Shown here in pieces: positions 24,193 through 36,323 of a stretch of DNA of 64,000 nt (position 1 is its first letter; the number at the start of each line of letters is the position of its first letter). The notes beneath the pieces were generated by a model. The model made no database searches, was not told where the DNA came from, and was given only the letters and a program-made list of their open reading frames with translations. Source of the DNA: Octopus sinensis (lineage: Eukaryota). Both the position numbers and the translations under genes were made by a program. The stretch spans positions 2,108,001 to 2,172,000 of the forward strand of contig NC_043019.1 of assembly GCF_006345805.1 (NCBI RefSeq). The letters are read 5' to 3'.

Positions 24193-24440
24193 TGGAGGCA
24201 CGTGGCTTAGGGGTTAGGGTGTCAGCATCATGATCGTAAGATTGTGGTTTCGATTTCTGGACCGGGTGATGTGTTGTGTTCTTTAGCAAAACACTTCATT
24301 TCACCTTGCTCCAGTCCACTCAGCTGGCAAGAATGAGTAACGCTGCTGGCGTCCCATCCATCTGGGGAACACATACGCTATAGAAACCGGGAAACAGGGC
24401 CCATGAGCCTGACTAGGCTTTAAAAAGGGCGCATTTATTT
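24193..24440 (+). mobile_element. SINE family D (tRNA head plus CORE-like domain)
   Basis: TGGCTTAGGGGTTAGG A-box; TGTGTTCTTTAGCAAAACACTTCATTTCACCTTGCTCCAGTCCACTCAGCTG resembles the CORE domain. Confidence 0.8.
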
Positions 24441-24660
24441 TTCTATATTTTTTATTGGCTTTACTACTCTGATTCCGTTTAATTTCTTTCTTTCTTTTGC
24501 GGTGAACTGAAGGGTCTCTCAATTCTTTCACACATTGTTAAGGAAGATTTTGTTTATCTGGGTCGATAAAAAAAAGTTCCATTTGAACACTATGGTCGAT
24601 ATAATCGACTTACTCCCTAGACTTGTGCCAAGATTTTAAATCGATTTATATTCCAAACTA

Positions 24661-24830
24661 AGGCAGCGAGCTGGCAGAATCGTTGGCATGCCGGACAAAA
24701 TGCTTAGAGGTGTTTCGTCCGTTTTTACGTTGTGTGTTCAAATTCTGCCAAGTCAACTTTGCCTTTCGTCCTTTCGGAGTCAGTAAAATAGGTACCAGTT
24801 AAACACTGGGGTCGATCTAATTGACTTAAA
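24661..24830 (+). mobile_element. SINE family B, 3'-truncated
   Basis: Head and core match. Confidence 0.85.
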
Positions 24831-24857
24831 ATTGGAATCAGTTCATATTCCATTATG

Positions 24858-25632
24858 TGAAGGCGCGTGGCTTAGTGGTTAGGGTATTTAGTTCACAATC
24901 GTAAGGTCGTGAGTTCAATTCCTGGTGACGCGTTGTGTCCTTGAGCAAGACACTTTATTTCACTTAACTCCAGTCCACTCAGCTGAAAAAAATGAGTAGT
25001 ACCTGTAATTCAAAGAGCCAACCTTGTCACATTCTGTGTCACGCTGAATCTACTTGAGAAAAACGTTAATGGTATGCGTGTCTATGGAGAAGGCGGCGAG
25101 CTGGCAGAAACGTTAGCACGACGGGCGAAATGCTTAGCAGTATTTCGTCTGCCGTTACATTCTGAGTTCAAATTCCGCCGAGGTCGACTTTGCCTTTCAT
25201 CATTTCAGGGTCGATTAAATAAGTACCGGTTACGCACAGGGGTCGATAAGATCGACTTAATCCGTTTGTCTGTCCTTGTTTGTCTTCTCTGTGTTTAGCC
25301 CCTTACACGTAGTAAAGAAATAAGAAACGTTAGCACGCCGGGCGAAATGCTTAGCAGTATTTCGCCTGCCGTTACGTTCTGAGTTCAAATTCCGCCGATG
25401 TCGACTTTGCCTTTCATCCTTTCGGGGTCGATTAAATATTTACTAGTTACGCACTGGGGGTCGATGAAATCGACTTAATCCGTTTGTCTGTCCTTGTTTG
25501 TCTTCTCTGTGTTTAGCCCCTTGTGGGTAGTAAAGAAATAGGTACGCGTGTCTACGGAGTACTCAACCGCTTGCACGTTAATTTAACGAGCAGGCTGTTC
25601 CGTTGATTGGATCAACTGCAACACATGCCGTC
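24858..25632 (+). mobile_element. SINE family D with alternative tail, interrupted by a SINE-B dimer
   Basis: CORE-like 24920-25000; tail CCTTGTCACATTCTGTGTCACGCTGAATC...GTTCCGTTGATTGGATCAACTG is split at 25090-25541. Confidence 0.8.
25090..25541 (+). mobile_element. SINE family B dimer
   Basis: 18-bp TSD GTA(T/C)GCGTGTCTA(T/C)GGAG at 25072-25089 and 25542-25559 brackets both units. Confidence 0.9.
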
Positions 25633-26015
25633 ATATCCGATGCAATGCCAGTCTGACCAGCTTAATAATTACAATTATCTCACACAATTCTTTATTGTTT
25701 ACGAAATTGACAGGAGATTTGTGTTCCAATAGAAATATGATAACAAAGGAGTTAAATTGCATAAAACATGAATTCTTGACTTTATTGAAATTATCTCGGC
25801 TTCCAGAAGAGTTTGAACAATCGCTTAGGGTCAAGCAGAGCCAACTCCAAATAAAAACAAAAGATAGAATCAAGAATTCCCAAACTGGCATATTCACGAA
25901 ATTCAAGCTTCAGGAGACAAGATGGCCTGCTGACAAGATGGCCTGGAGACAAGATATCTATGTGTGCGTGTCTGTGTATGTGTATGTGTGTGCGTGTGTG
26001 CGCGTGTGTAAGAGT

Positions 26016-26235
26016 AAAGACGCATGGTTAGGGTATTCATCTCGCGACCGTAAAGTCGTGGGTTCGATTCCGGGCGATGTATTTCTTTCTTTGAGCAAGA
26101 CTCTTTATTTCAGGTTGTTACAGTCTACTCAACCGGAAAAAAATGAATAGTACCAGTATTTCAAATCGCCAGCCTTATCACATTCTGTGTCACCCTGGAT
26201 CTCCCCGAGACCTACGTTTATGGGTACGCACTCAA
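26016..26235 (+). mobile_element. SINE family D, diverged
   Basis: GGGTTCGATTCC B-box, CORE-like segment, and start of the alternative tail. Confidence 0.7.
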
Positions 26236-26447
26236 AAAAGATACAAGCCACGACCATCCCATCTGTTTTTCATATATGTATCCGCGACCATATTATCCAA
26301 CGAACCATTTTTATATATATATATATAAGAGGATAGGTCGTTAATTTACAGAAATTTGGCTGTTATTTTTAGCAATTTCAGCTGCTGCGTAAAAACCTTA
26401 ATTTTCGCTAGAAGACGTCCCTCTTTACTTCTCTTTACTCTCTCTCT

Positions 26448-26676
26448 CTCTTTTACTCTTTTACTTGTTTCAGTCATTTGACTGCGGGCCTGCTGGAGCA
26501 CCGCCTTCAGTCGAGCAAATCGACCCCGGGACCTATTCTTTGTAAGCCCAGTACTTATTCTTTCGGTCTGTTTTGCCGAACCGCTAGGTGACGGGGACGT
26601 AAACACACTAGCATCGGTTGTCAAGCAATGCTAGGGGGACAAACACAGACACACAAACATACACACACACAAACAT

Positions 26677-26715
<39 letters not shown>

Positions 26716-26879
26716 CGACAGGCTTCTTTCAGTTTCCGTCTACCAAATCCACTCACAAGGCATTGGTTGGCCCGGGGCTATAGCAGAAGACACTTGTCCA
26801 AGATGCCACGCAGTGGGACTGAACCCGGAACCATGTGGCTGGTAAGCAAGCTACTTACCACACAGCCACTCCTGCGCCT
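26448..26879 (-). mobile_element. SINE family A
   Basis: Full reverse copy. Confidence 0.9.
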
Positions 26880-27109
26880 TCGTGGGTTTTTTTGGTTTAT
26901 TTTACTATTTAAGTGAAACTTATTCTCATATTCTGTTAGTGAAAGAACTTCTTGCTATTCTACAATGCTGGCTTCTTTGTAATAGAGAAATAATTCCTTG
27001 AATCGGGTCAAGGACTAAAGAATCGAGAGGCCATCACTGGTGCCATTGTACACGTGAGATATAAACCAGTCTTTCTGAATATTGACACAGGACGTCAGCA
27101 TTGGAACAA

Positions 27110-27167
27110 AGACTATTACTACTGCTGCTACAACAACTACTACTATCACTACTACTACTACTACTAT

Positions 27168-27202
<35 letters not shown>

Positions 27203-27540
27203 TCACTACTACTACTACAACTACTACTACTACTTCAACTAATACTACTACTACTGCTACTACTATTACTACTACTACTACTACGACTACTACTACTGCT
27301 GCTGTTACTGCCACTACTCGTACTACTGCCACCACCAGCAATACTACTATTACTACTAACGCTAATACTAATACTACCGCCATAGCCAGCACTACCACTA
27401 TGACTACTCCTGCTGCTGCTACTGCTACCACTACCACTACTACTGCCACCACCAGCAATCCGTCTACCATTACTAATACTAATACTAATACTACCACCAT
27501 AGCCAGCACTACTACTACCACTACTACTACTAAAACTGCT
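27110..27540. repeat. (ACT)n-based low-complexity tract with an internal ~110-bp duplication
   Basis: ACTGCCACCACCAGCAAT...CATAGCCAGCACTAC occurs twice. Confidence 0.85.
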
Positions 27541-27604
27541 ATAGCTCATGGTGTTGGGGTTATTGCATGTCAAACTGTTCCTCTGTTCTGTAAACCTACT
27601 TATA

Positions 27605-27836
27605 TATTTCTTTATTGCCCACAAGGGCCTAAACATAGAGGAGACAAACAAGGACAGACGAAGAGATTAAGTCGATTAGATCGGCTCCAGTGCATAACTG
27701 GTACTTTATTTATCAACCCCGAAATGATGAAAGGCAAAGTCGACCTCGACGGAAATTGAACTCAGAACGTGGCGGCAGACGAAATACTGCTAAGCATTTC
27801 ACCCGGCGTGCTAACGTTTCTGTCAGCTCACCGCCG
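27605..27836 (-). mobile_element. SINE family B
   Basis: 18-bp TSD TCTGTAAACCTACTTATA at 27587-27604 and 27837-27854. Confidence 0.92.
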
Positions 27837-28089
27837 TCTGTAAACCTACTTATAGCAGGTCATTTGAGGCCAAACAAGCACTGTGTACTAGATTAACAAT
27901 TCGAGGTAACATTCAGTGGGGAGTTGGTTTTTATCTTTGACATATATAGTGATAACTCCAGATATGTTTCGTTGTTATTAGTTCTTCTCAGCTAAGCAGA
28001 TTCTGACACGTAACTACCACGTCTTAGAATGACTCTAAGAGTGTACAACGTCTTGTATGACCATTACATGTGGATAGTTGGCGTGTTAA

Positions 28090-28557
28090 CCACCTGTAGT
28101 GCTTGAAAATGATCATATCTCACTCCTCTGGAACATCCCCGTTCAAACTAGCCGAAAGATAGATGAGAATAGGCCAGATATTACATTGAAGGACTTCAGA
28201 CAAAAATCATGCCTCCTCATTGATATGACTGCCCCAATTGACATAAATGTATCTGTTAAGACCTACCAAAACTGAGCAAGTATAAAGTTATTGAAATAGA
28301 AATTGGCAAGTATAAAGATCTTGAAATAGAAATTGGCAAAATGTGGAACCTCAAGAATTGTTGTCTTAAGTGCCCTAGGAATGATAGCAAAAGGGGCTGA
28401 ATCCTACCTAGGTAAAATACTGTCTATGTTATCTCAAAACCAAATATATGACACCCTAGACACAACGCCAATTTGAACTTCTAACTTGTTGTCTCCTGAC
28501 GTCTTTGGTGAGACTTGGAGTCAACTTGTTCAAATACAAAGCAAAAGTCAAACATAT
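28090..28557 (+). mobile_element. R4/Dong-type LINE 3' end (RLE remnant and 3'UTR) ending in (TAA)n
   Basis: PPVVLENDHISLLWNIPVQTSRKIDENRPDITLKDFRQKSCLLIDMTAPIDINVSVK...KYKDLEIEIGKMW, a PD-(D/E)xK endonuclease, followed by (TAA)n at 28558-28752. Confidence 0.88.
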
Positions 28558-28693
28558 GATAATAATGATAATAATAATAATAATAATAACAACAATAACA
28601 ACAACAACAATAATAATAATATTAATAATAGTAATAATAATAATAATAATAATAATAGTAATAATAATAGTAATAATAATAGTAATAATAATA

Positions 28694-28737
<44 letters not shown>

Positions 28738-28900
28738 TAATAATAATAATAATGTTACTTGTAGCCCGATAGAAGGGTTCTTGGCATCTTAAGTTTTCTT
28801 GTAGGCCGATGTTAGGATTTTTTCTTTTCCAACAGTCTAATATGTTGAGTCTATAAGAAAATAATAATAATAATAAAAATAAGAAGAAGAAGAAGAATAA

Positions 28901-29428
28901 AATGCCTTGATGCAGTACCAGGCAGTAGCTCTCCTGGCTTCTGATCTTAACTGATTGGAAGTGTTATCATGTACATTGTTTGCCTTGGTACAAAAGATGG
29001 GCTACAGCAAATATTCTGCTTAATACCACAGATTTGCTTGTCAGTTATTTGACTTTAAGCAGTGGCTGACGATATGTGCATCTCTGATCACGAGCAGAAG
29101 TAGTGGGGAAGCATCATAGCCATGTTTTGAGAGGAATTCTTTGGGGTTTGAATAATTCACCTCTGGAAACATCGGTGTTCAGCTGATAATTCTTAAACAG
29201 CCCTTATTCAGGGATCTTTTGAGTAGGATGGGCTACTTGACCTGAAGAAAATTCTAACTATACCCCAAGATCATGCGCTGTTTATCTTGATATGAGATTA
29301 CTATGTCGCGCACATATGGTTGTGATGCATGTGCCTAGTGTACCCTTATCAGATGGGTAGTCATGATGGGTATACTGGGCTTCGTATATTGTACCCCATC
29401 TTTGATGGCATAATCTGCTTTCTCACTC
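28901..29428 (+). mobile_element. Family E retroposon, near full length
   Basis: Reverse-orientation homolog of 14490-15047 with (TAA)n on both sides. Confidence 0.85.
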
Positions 29429-29454
29429 AATAATAATAATAATAAGAAGAAGAA

Positions 29455-29485
<31 letters not shown>

Positions 29486-29769
29486 AAGGAGGAGGAGGAG
29501 GAGGAGGAAAAGGAGGAGAAGAAGAAGAAGAAGAAGAAGAAGAAGAATGATGATGATAACAACAACAACAATAATAATAATAATAACAACAATAACAACA
29601 ACAACAATAATAATAATAATATAATAATAATGATAATAATAATAATAATGATACAAATAATAATAATAATAATAACAATAATGATAATAATAATAATAAT
29701 GATAATGATAATAATAATAATAATTATTATTATTATTATTATAATAATTATAATAATAATAATTATTAT

Positions 29770-29833
<64 letters not shown>

Positions 29834-30488
29834 GTAATAATAATAATATTCCCTTCTACTTTAGGCACAAGACATGAAATTTGGGAAGAGGGAATTTAGT
29901 CGATTACCGACTCAAATGGTAATTATTTTATCGACCTTGAAAGGAAGAAAAGCAAAGTTAACCTCGGCGGAATTTCAATTCAAAATGTAACACTAAATCT
30001 CCAAAGAAACTTCATATGGAACGGCATCATCTAGTAGGAAGTAGCAGAGTTAGTACCACGCCTAAATATAAATTGCTTGATTTAACCAATTTCAGTACTT
30101 GACTGGAACTTATTAAATCAACTCCCAGCGGGTGGGGATAAAGGCAAAGGGACACCGATGAGATTTGTTCTTGTAAATTGTAATGATATGTACTTAAGTA
30201 TACACGGTATATATGGCTCTTATTTTATCGTATACACTGTCCTGACGCCCTTATTTAACAAAATAAATGGTTCCGATTTGCCAGATCTCATACGACAATT
30301 CGAATCCAAGAATATCCTTAGACAAAAATTAGCCCCGAAAGTTGTTACCACACCTAAAATGAAAATATTTTCCAAAGCATTTCACTATTTCTCCGCGTGT
30401 TCGCATCATAGCGCTTGTTTAAAATGACGTAACAATGACGTGTCATAGAACACAGTGACGACAAAGTTGGTTTCTCTGTGATTAATTT

Positions 30489-30535
<47 letters not shown>

Positions 30536-30662
30536 CATACATACATACATACATACATACATACATACATACATACATACACTCACAGACACACACACAC
30601 ATATATATTCAAATATGAAATAGCATACTGACATATTATACATACATATATACATACATATA

Positions 30663-31101
30663 TCTCTCTATATATAAACGGCAGTTTGTCTGTGTGTGTG
30701 TCTGTGTGTCTGTCAGGTTGTACCCTCACCCTGACCACGGCTTTCAACCGATTCTGATGAAACTTGACACACATATAGCTCAATGTCATAATTCAAAACT
30801 GACGCAGCGAAAATTTTGAAAAGTTCCCCCAGTTCTGAAAGAATCGATAAATTCGACATGGGGTCGAGAATCTAAGCTTTTTATATGCAACACATTTTCT
30901 GTCTAGGGGACACAACTCGACCTTTTTATCGCCCAAAAAGACCGCTAGGAACATCGTATACACAGAAGTATTCGAGTGAAGAGAAGACATTGCAACCTAC
31001 ACATGCGCCTTCGTTCCCTAGAGAGAAAGGACTAGATTGGGATTAGTCGTTGCCTACTAGGGGCTCTTACATACCCGGGCAACACCGGGCTATGCTGCTA
31101 G
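30663..31101 (+). mobile_element. Non-autonomous Helitron
   Basis: 5' TC after A (TCTCTCTATATATAAACGGC); subterminal hairpin CCCGGGCAACACCGGG (31074-31089); 3' CTAG before T; no TSD. Confidence 0.85.
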
Positions 31102-31460
31102 TATATATATATATATATTGTTATATTTCGGAATGGTCATTTTGCCAGTTTAGCCAATAAAAACACACGCACTATATATTTGATGTTACTTTGCTTCAGT
31201 GTTATTTATTTTTTACATTAATCTTAATCTTATTTCGGCCAGAGTTCTTTCGTCACACACCTGTGACCGCATCAGTGGTCCTTTGTTTTCTTCTTTCTTA
31301 TTTGTGTCTCTCCTTACTAACCGTCAGCCATTTTGTATTTCTATTGTAGGTCTTCATTTGCGCATGCTTATATCTCTATGTGCGTCTATGTTTATTTAGT
31401 GTGTGTGTGTGGGGGGGGGGTATTAATTTATTTTTGTTGCTGTTGTTTTTGTTTATTCTT

Positions 31461-31746
31461 ATTTGATTGTTATTTCAAGCAGATCGAAACCTCCTAACAG
31501 GTTCATTCATTAAAAAGTTCTTGAATGTAGGCAATATTCTTGCATGGCCGTGGATGAAATTGATAAAACTAACTTAATAAAGAAATAAAGAATATAACAG
31601 CCCTGTTGTAGATATAAATTGTGTACTGGTTCGCATGACGCGGCTCTGCTAAGAAAAAAGAAAAGAAAGGAAAGAAGTAATTCATTGTAGATATATATAT
31701 ATATCTACAATCAATTACTTCTTTATATATATATTATTACTTCTTG

Positions 31747-31783
<37 letters not shown>

Positions 31784-32724
31784 ATAATATATACCAATTA
31801 AGGACTGAACAGAAAAGGTGGACAGTCAACATGCTAGATATAGACGTCAAATCGCCATTCTCCACAAGGATTATTTCTCAAATAAAATAAAAATAAAAAT
31901 AAAAATTTTTATTTTTATTTGAGAACATAATCCTTGTGGAAATGCGATTTGACGTCTATATCTAGCATGTTACTGTCCACCTTTTCGTGTTCAGTCCTTA
32001 ATTGGTATATAAAATATTTTTAATCTTCGGATTCTTTTTATGTGCTAGACCACTGGTTTAATTGACTAATATCATTTCTACCCTTAATTTTTAAATATAT
32101 ATATATATATATAATATATCACGTGATCACGTGACCGACCAGGCTATCAGATGTTGCTACACATTGCTGATCACAATGCGCTTCGCATTGGTTTAGCCTT
32201 CAAATGATGCCTCCCGCTGGCTAAGCGATCGGTCAATATTATATATATTAGCCCTGTGTGGCCAATAAAGAAATTATATATATAATATATTATATATATA
32301 TATATATATACAGACATAATATACAGACATATATATACATATATATATATATATGACATATATATAACATATATTACATATTATACATAATATATATACC
32401 TATATTATATATATAATAATAATATATTATATATATGTATAATATATATATACATGTGTGTGTGTAGTGTGTACGTATGTATGTATCTATCTATCTACAA
32501 TGAATTACTTTTTTCCTTTCTTTTCTTTTTTCTTAGTAGAGCCGAGTCATCCGAGCCAGTTTACAATTTATATCTACAACAGGGCTGTTATATTCTTTAT
32601 TACTTTATTTAGTTAGTTTTATCAATCTCACCCACGACCATGCAGGAGTATTTCCTACATTCAAGAACTTTTAAATCAATGAACCTGTTAGGATGTTTCG
32701 ATCTGCTTGAAATAACAATCAAAT
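31461..32724. repeat. Nested inverted repeats
   Basis: Outer arms 31461-31692 and 32493-32724; spacerless palindrome 31789-32010; mini fold-back 31672-31723. Confidence 0.9.
32119..32235 (-). mobile_element. SINE family C tail type 3 fragment
   Basis: Matches 50748-50850; a diverged copy lies at 2031-2145. Confidence 0.8.
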
Positions 32725-32975
32725 CTTCCTCAAATCATACACCACATCTTGGGGAATAGAAGAAAGCATTAGATACCGCAGTAATAAGTAACCCGTTAAA
32801 ACTGGGACAATCATGGATAGAAACCTTTTTTTTTTATCATTGTTGTACTTAACCAGGGTTGGCCTGGGGCCTTTAACAACATCAACGTCTTGAATAACAA
32901 TATCTCCTAATCCATCCGGAGAGAAATATGATTACAATGGAGTAGCAAGAGTGTGTACAGCTCGGAGCATCCCTT

Positions 32976-33391
32976 GGATCTTTTCGGTTTGAATGGCAGT
33001 TTTTTCTAGCGGTGTCATATGAAATTGTCAGTCATAATTATGACGCTAGTATCTATCTATTGCATTTCAATCTGTTTTAGGGTTAGGGTTAGGGGTGGGG
33101 GGAAGGGTATCTTTTTTTCTTCACAAATGTAAATAAACCCAATCTGTTTCTTAAACAAGGGACATATTCATACGGCACAGAATGTTTTTTACCTCAATAG
33201 ACGTCATTGGTTGAAATTGCAGAAATTGAAGAAAAAAAAACAACAAATATCTTACAAACTATAGAATTTTCTCAATAAATCCAAGAGAAAAAGATGTTTT
33301 ATAAACACATTCTACCAGTATACGAAGTTTGAAAGTGTTTAGTTACGTAGAAATTATTTTTAAAAAACCGCCGTTCAAACCGAAAAGATCC
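32976..33391. mobile_element. MITE with GG termini and 8-bp TSD (Merlin-like; hAT or P not excluded), copy 1
   Basis: About 28-bp TIR GGATCTTTTCGGTTTGAA; flanks CATCCCTT and CAGCCCTT; internal TTAGGG repeats. Confidence 0.8.
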
Positions 33392-34231
33392 CAGCCCTTG
33401 AGTTTTCCACCCCGTCCCTTATACAGGCTTATACTGCAGACTCAAAAGTGCTGTCACCCGTGACGGACAGCCATCACCCCAGCTCCGTTGCTCTATCATT
33501 ACTCTTTAATAATATCTTTATTTTTTGTTTCTGTGAAGTCTATCGGAGATAAATCATGACTTTGACAACAAACCGAAGTCACGGATACAAAGGAAAGTCA
33601 AAATGAAAATCGCAAAGCAATAATTAAACCGCTTCTTTGTTTATTAAATTAGTTCATTAGCAGTTTGCATTTCATCGATGCAGCATACATTAATTGCCTT
33701 CGGGAAACAAATTAATATAACATTAATTGGTTTGATTTGGTTTGGTTTTTATTTTATTTTATTTTATTTTTTCATTTTTTTCTTTTTTCTTCACTTCAAA
33801 CAACCCTGTCAACTTTCAACCTTCAATTTATGTCCCTCCTGCATGCAATTCTCATGCGTAAGTTACTTGTTTGACATATTTAAAGATCGTTTCTTTGCTT
33901 TTTACACCTCGATTACTATGAATAAGCTAACATTTCATATTGAATGCCGTTTTAAATTCAGCCATTGCACAGAATTTACAGCGGGCTGTCATTAGTTACG
34001 TCGATCACAGCATATCTCTTTTCGGTGATATTTTTATTTAAACAGACGTGATTTATATGTTTCCGTGCGTAAGGCGATTTACGTTTTAAATATTGATTTC
34101 TTAATTTCCAACAATGCCAGCCATTTTTGGCGATGTTCGAGGTGTGTAGTCGACTAAATTAATCTCAATTCATATGATGCTAAATTTTTCATCTTTGAAG
34201 AACAAAATGGCATCAGTCACCAGCAGGCCAA

Positions 34232-34273
<42 letters not shown>

Positions 34274-34331
34274 AATCATCATCATCATCATCATCATCAT
34301 TATCATTATTATTATTATTTTTGTTGTTGTT

Positions 34332-35134
34332 GAGTGAGAGAGCAATGCATGCCATCAAAGTGATACAGGGGTGCAAATATACGTAGCCCAATCATGACTA
34401 TCCGTCTGATAAGGGTGCATCAGGCACATGCATCACAACCATATGTGCGCGACAGGGTGGTCTCATATCAAGATAAACAGCACATGACCTTGAAGGTGGG
34501 ACCCACTTAGAATTTTCTTTAAGATGAATAGCCCATCCCGCTCAAAAGGTCTCTGAATAAGGTTCGTTTAAGGATGATGAACGCGGAGGCACATGGCCTG
34601 GTGGTTAGAACAGCGGACTTTGCGATCGAGGGATCGCGGGTTTGAATCTCAGAGAGGGCAGAAGTTAATGGCGAACTTCTGCTAACTCTTTCGCCACAGC
34701 TTTTTTTTCACTCTCTCATCCTGCATCTAGCAACCGGTGTCCCGTCCAGGTGGGGAACCTATACACCAAAGAAACCGGGAAACAGGTCCTAATGAGACAA
34801 GCATGACTCGAGAAGGAACAAACAACAAGGGTGGTGAACAAACCACCCATATTTCCAGAAATGAAATATTCAACCCCTAAAGAATTCTTCTCAACACATG
34901 GCTATGATGCTTCCCGACTATTTCTGCTCGTGATAAGAGATGTACATATCGCCAGCACGTATCGTAAGGGACATGCACAACCGGTTAAGGTGAAGCGACT
35001 GACAAAGAAATTTGTGGTATTGAGCAGAATATTTGCTGTAGCCCATCTTTTATACCAAGACAAAACAATGTACGTGATAGAACTTCCAACCAGTTAATAT
35101 CAGAAGCCATGAGGGCCACTGCATCAAGGCATTT
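34332..35134 (-). mobile_element. Family E retroposon, full length, interrupted by a SINE (34583-34828)
   Basis: The two halves align to 14490-15047; TSD-like AAGG(A/G)TG(A/G)TGAAC flanks the insert. Confidence 0.85.
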
Positions 35135-35152
35135 ACTACAATTATTATTACT

Positions 35153-35420
35153 GAGTGAGAGAACAGCGCATGCCATCAAAGTGAAACTGGGGTAAAATAT
35201 ACGAAGCGAAGTATACCCATCATGACTACCCGTCTGATAAAGGTTCACCAGGCACATGCATCACAACCATATGTGCGCGACAGGATTTCATATCAAGATA
35301 AACAGCACATGACCTTGCAGGTGGGGCCCAGTTACAATTTTCTTCAGGTCGAATAACCCATCCCGCTCAAAAGGTCCCTGAATAAGGGTTGTTCGAGGAT
35401 GTTGAATGAAACACTCATGT
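35153..35420 (-). mobile_element. Family E retroposon, truncated, tandem to the previous copy
   Basis: Starts again at GAGTGAGAGAACAG after a short ATT tract. Confidence 0.8.
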
Positions 35421-35459
35421 TGGTGGTGGTGGTAGGGGTGGTAGTAGTGGTCGTAGCAA

Positions 35460-35507
<48 letters not shown>

Positions 35508-35607
35508 ACGTAGGAGTGGTAGTAATAGTAGCAGTAGTAGTAGTAGTAATAGTAGTAGTAGTAGTAGTAGTAGTAGGGGTGGTGGGGGTAGTAGTAGTAG
35601 TAGTTGT

Positions 35608-35825
35608 GCGGTAAGCTGTCAGAATTTTTAGAGAGACGGGTTAATGCTTAGCGGCATATCGTCCGCCCTTTACGTCCCGAGTTCAAATCCTGCCGGGGCT
35701 TACTTTACTTTTTATCCTTTACGTATCGATGAAATAAGTACCAGCTCAGTACTGGGGTCGATGTAATCGACATACCCACCCCCACCGAAATTGCTGGCCT
35801 TGTGTCAAACTTTGAAACTAATATG
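35608..35825 (+). mobile_element. SINE family B, diverged
   Basis: GAGTTCAAATCC B-box and core. Confidence 0.75.
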
Positions 35826-35885
35826 GGTGTAAATATTTGAAAGGCTGTTTTTGTTGTTCTTGTTGTTATGTGTCAATGCATGCGT

Positions 35886-36046
35886 GCGTAGGAGTGGCTG
35901 TGTGGTAAGTAGCTTGCTTACGAACCACATGGTTCCGGGTTCAGTCCCAGTGCGTGGCACCTTGGGCAAGTGTCTTCTACTATAGCCTCGGGCCGACCAA
36001 AGAGATGTGAGTGAATTTGGTAGACGGAAACTGAAAGAAGCCCATC

Positions 36047-36111
<65 letters not shown>

Positions 36112-36323
36112 TGTTTGTGTGTCTGTGTTTGTCCCCCCAACATCGTTTGACAACCGATGCTGGTGTGTTTACGTCCCCGTAACTTAGCGGTTCGGCACAA
36201 GAGACCGATAGAATAAGTACTAGGCTTACAAAGAATAATTCCTGGGGTCGATTTGCTCGACTAAAGGCGGTGCTCCAGCATGGCCACAGTCAAATGACTG
36301 AAACAAGTAAAAGAGTAAAAGAG
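35886..36323 (+). mobile_element. SINE family A
   Basis: Full copy close to the in-window consensus. Confidence 0.92.

Noticed and set aside
25695-26150. 151-aa ORF
   Set aside because: It runs through a microsatellite into a SINE D, with no recognisable domain or splice support.
27082-27759. 225-aa Thr-rich 'mucin-like' ORF
   Set aside because: It is the translation of an (ACT)n microsatellite running into an antisense SINE B; the overlapping frames are also open.
35886-35960. tRNA genes at SINE heads
   Set aside because: A/B boxes are present but no complete cloverleaf; each continues into a SINE body.
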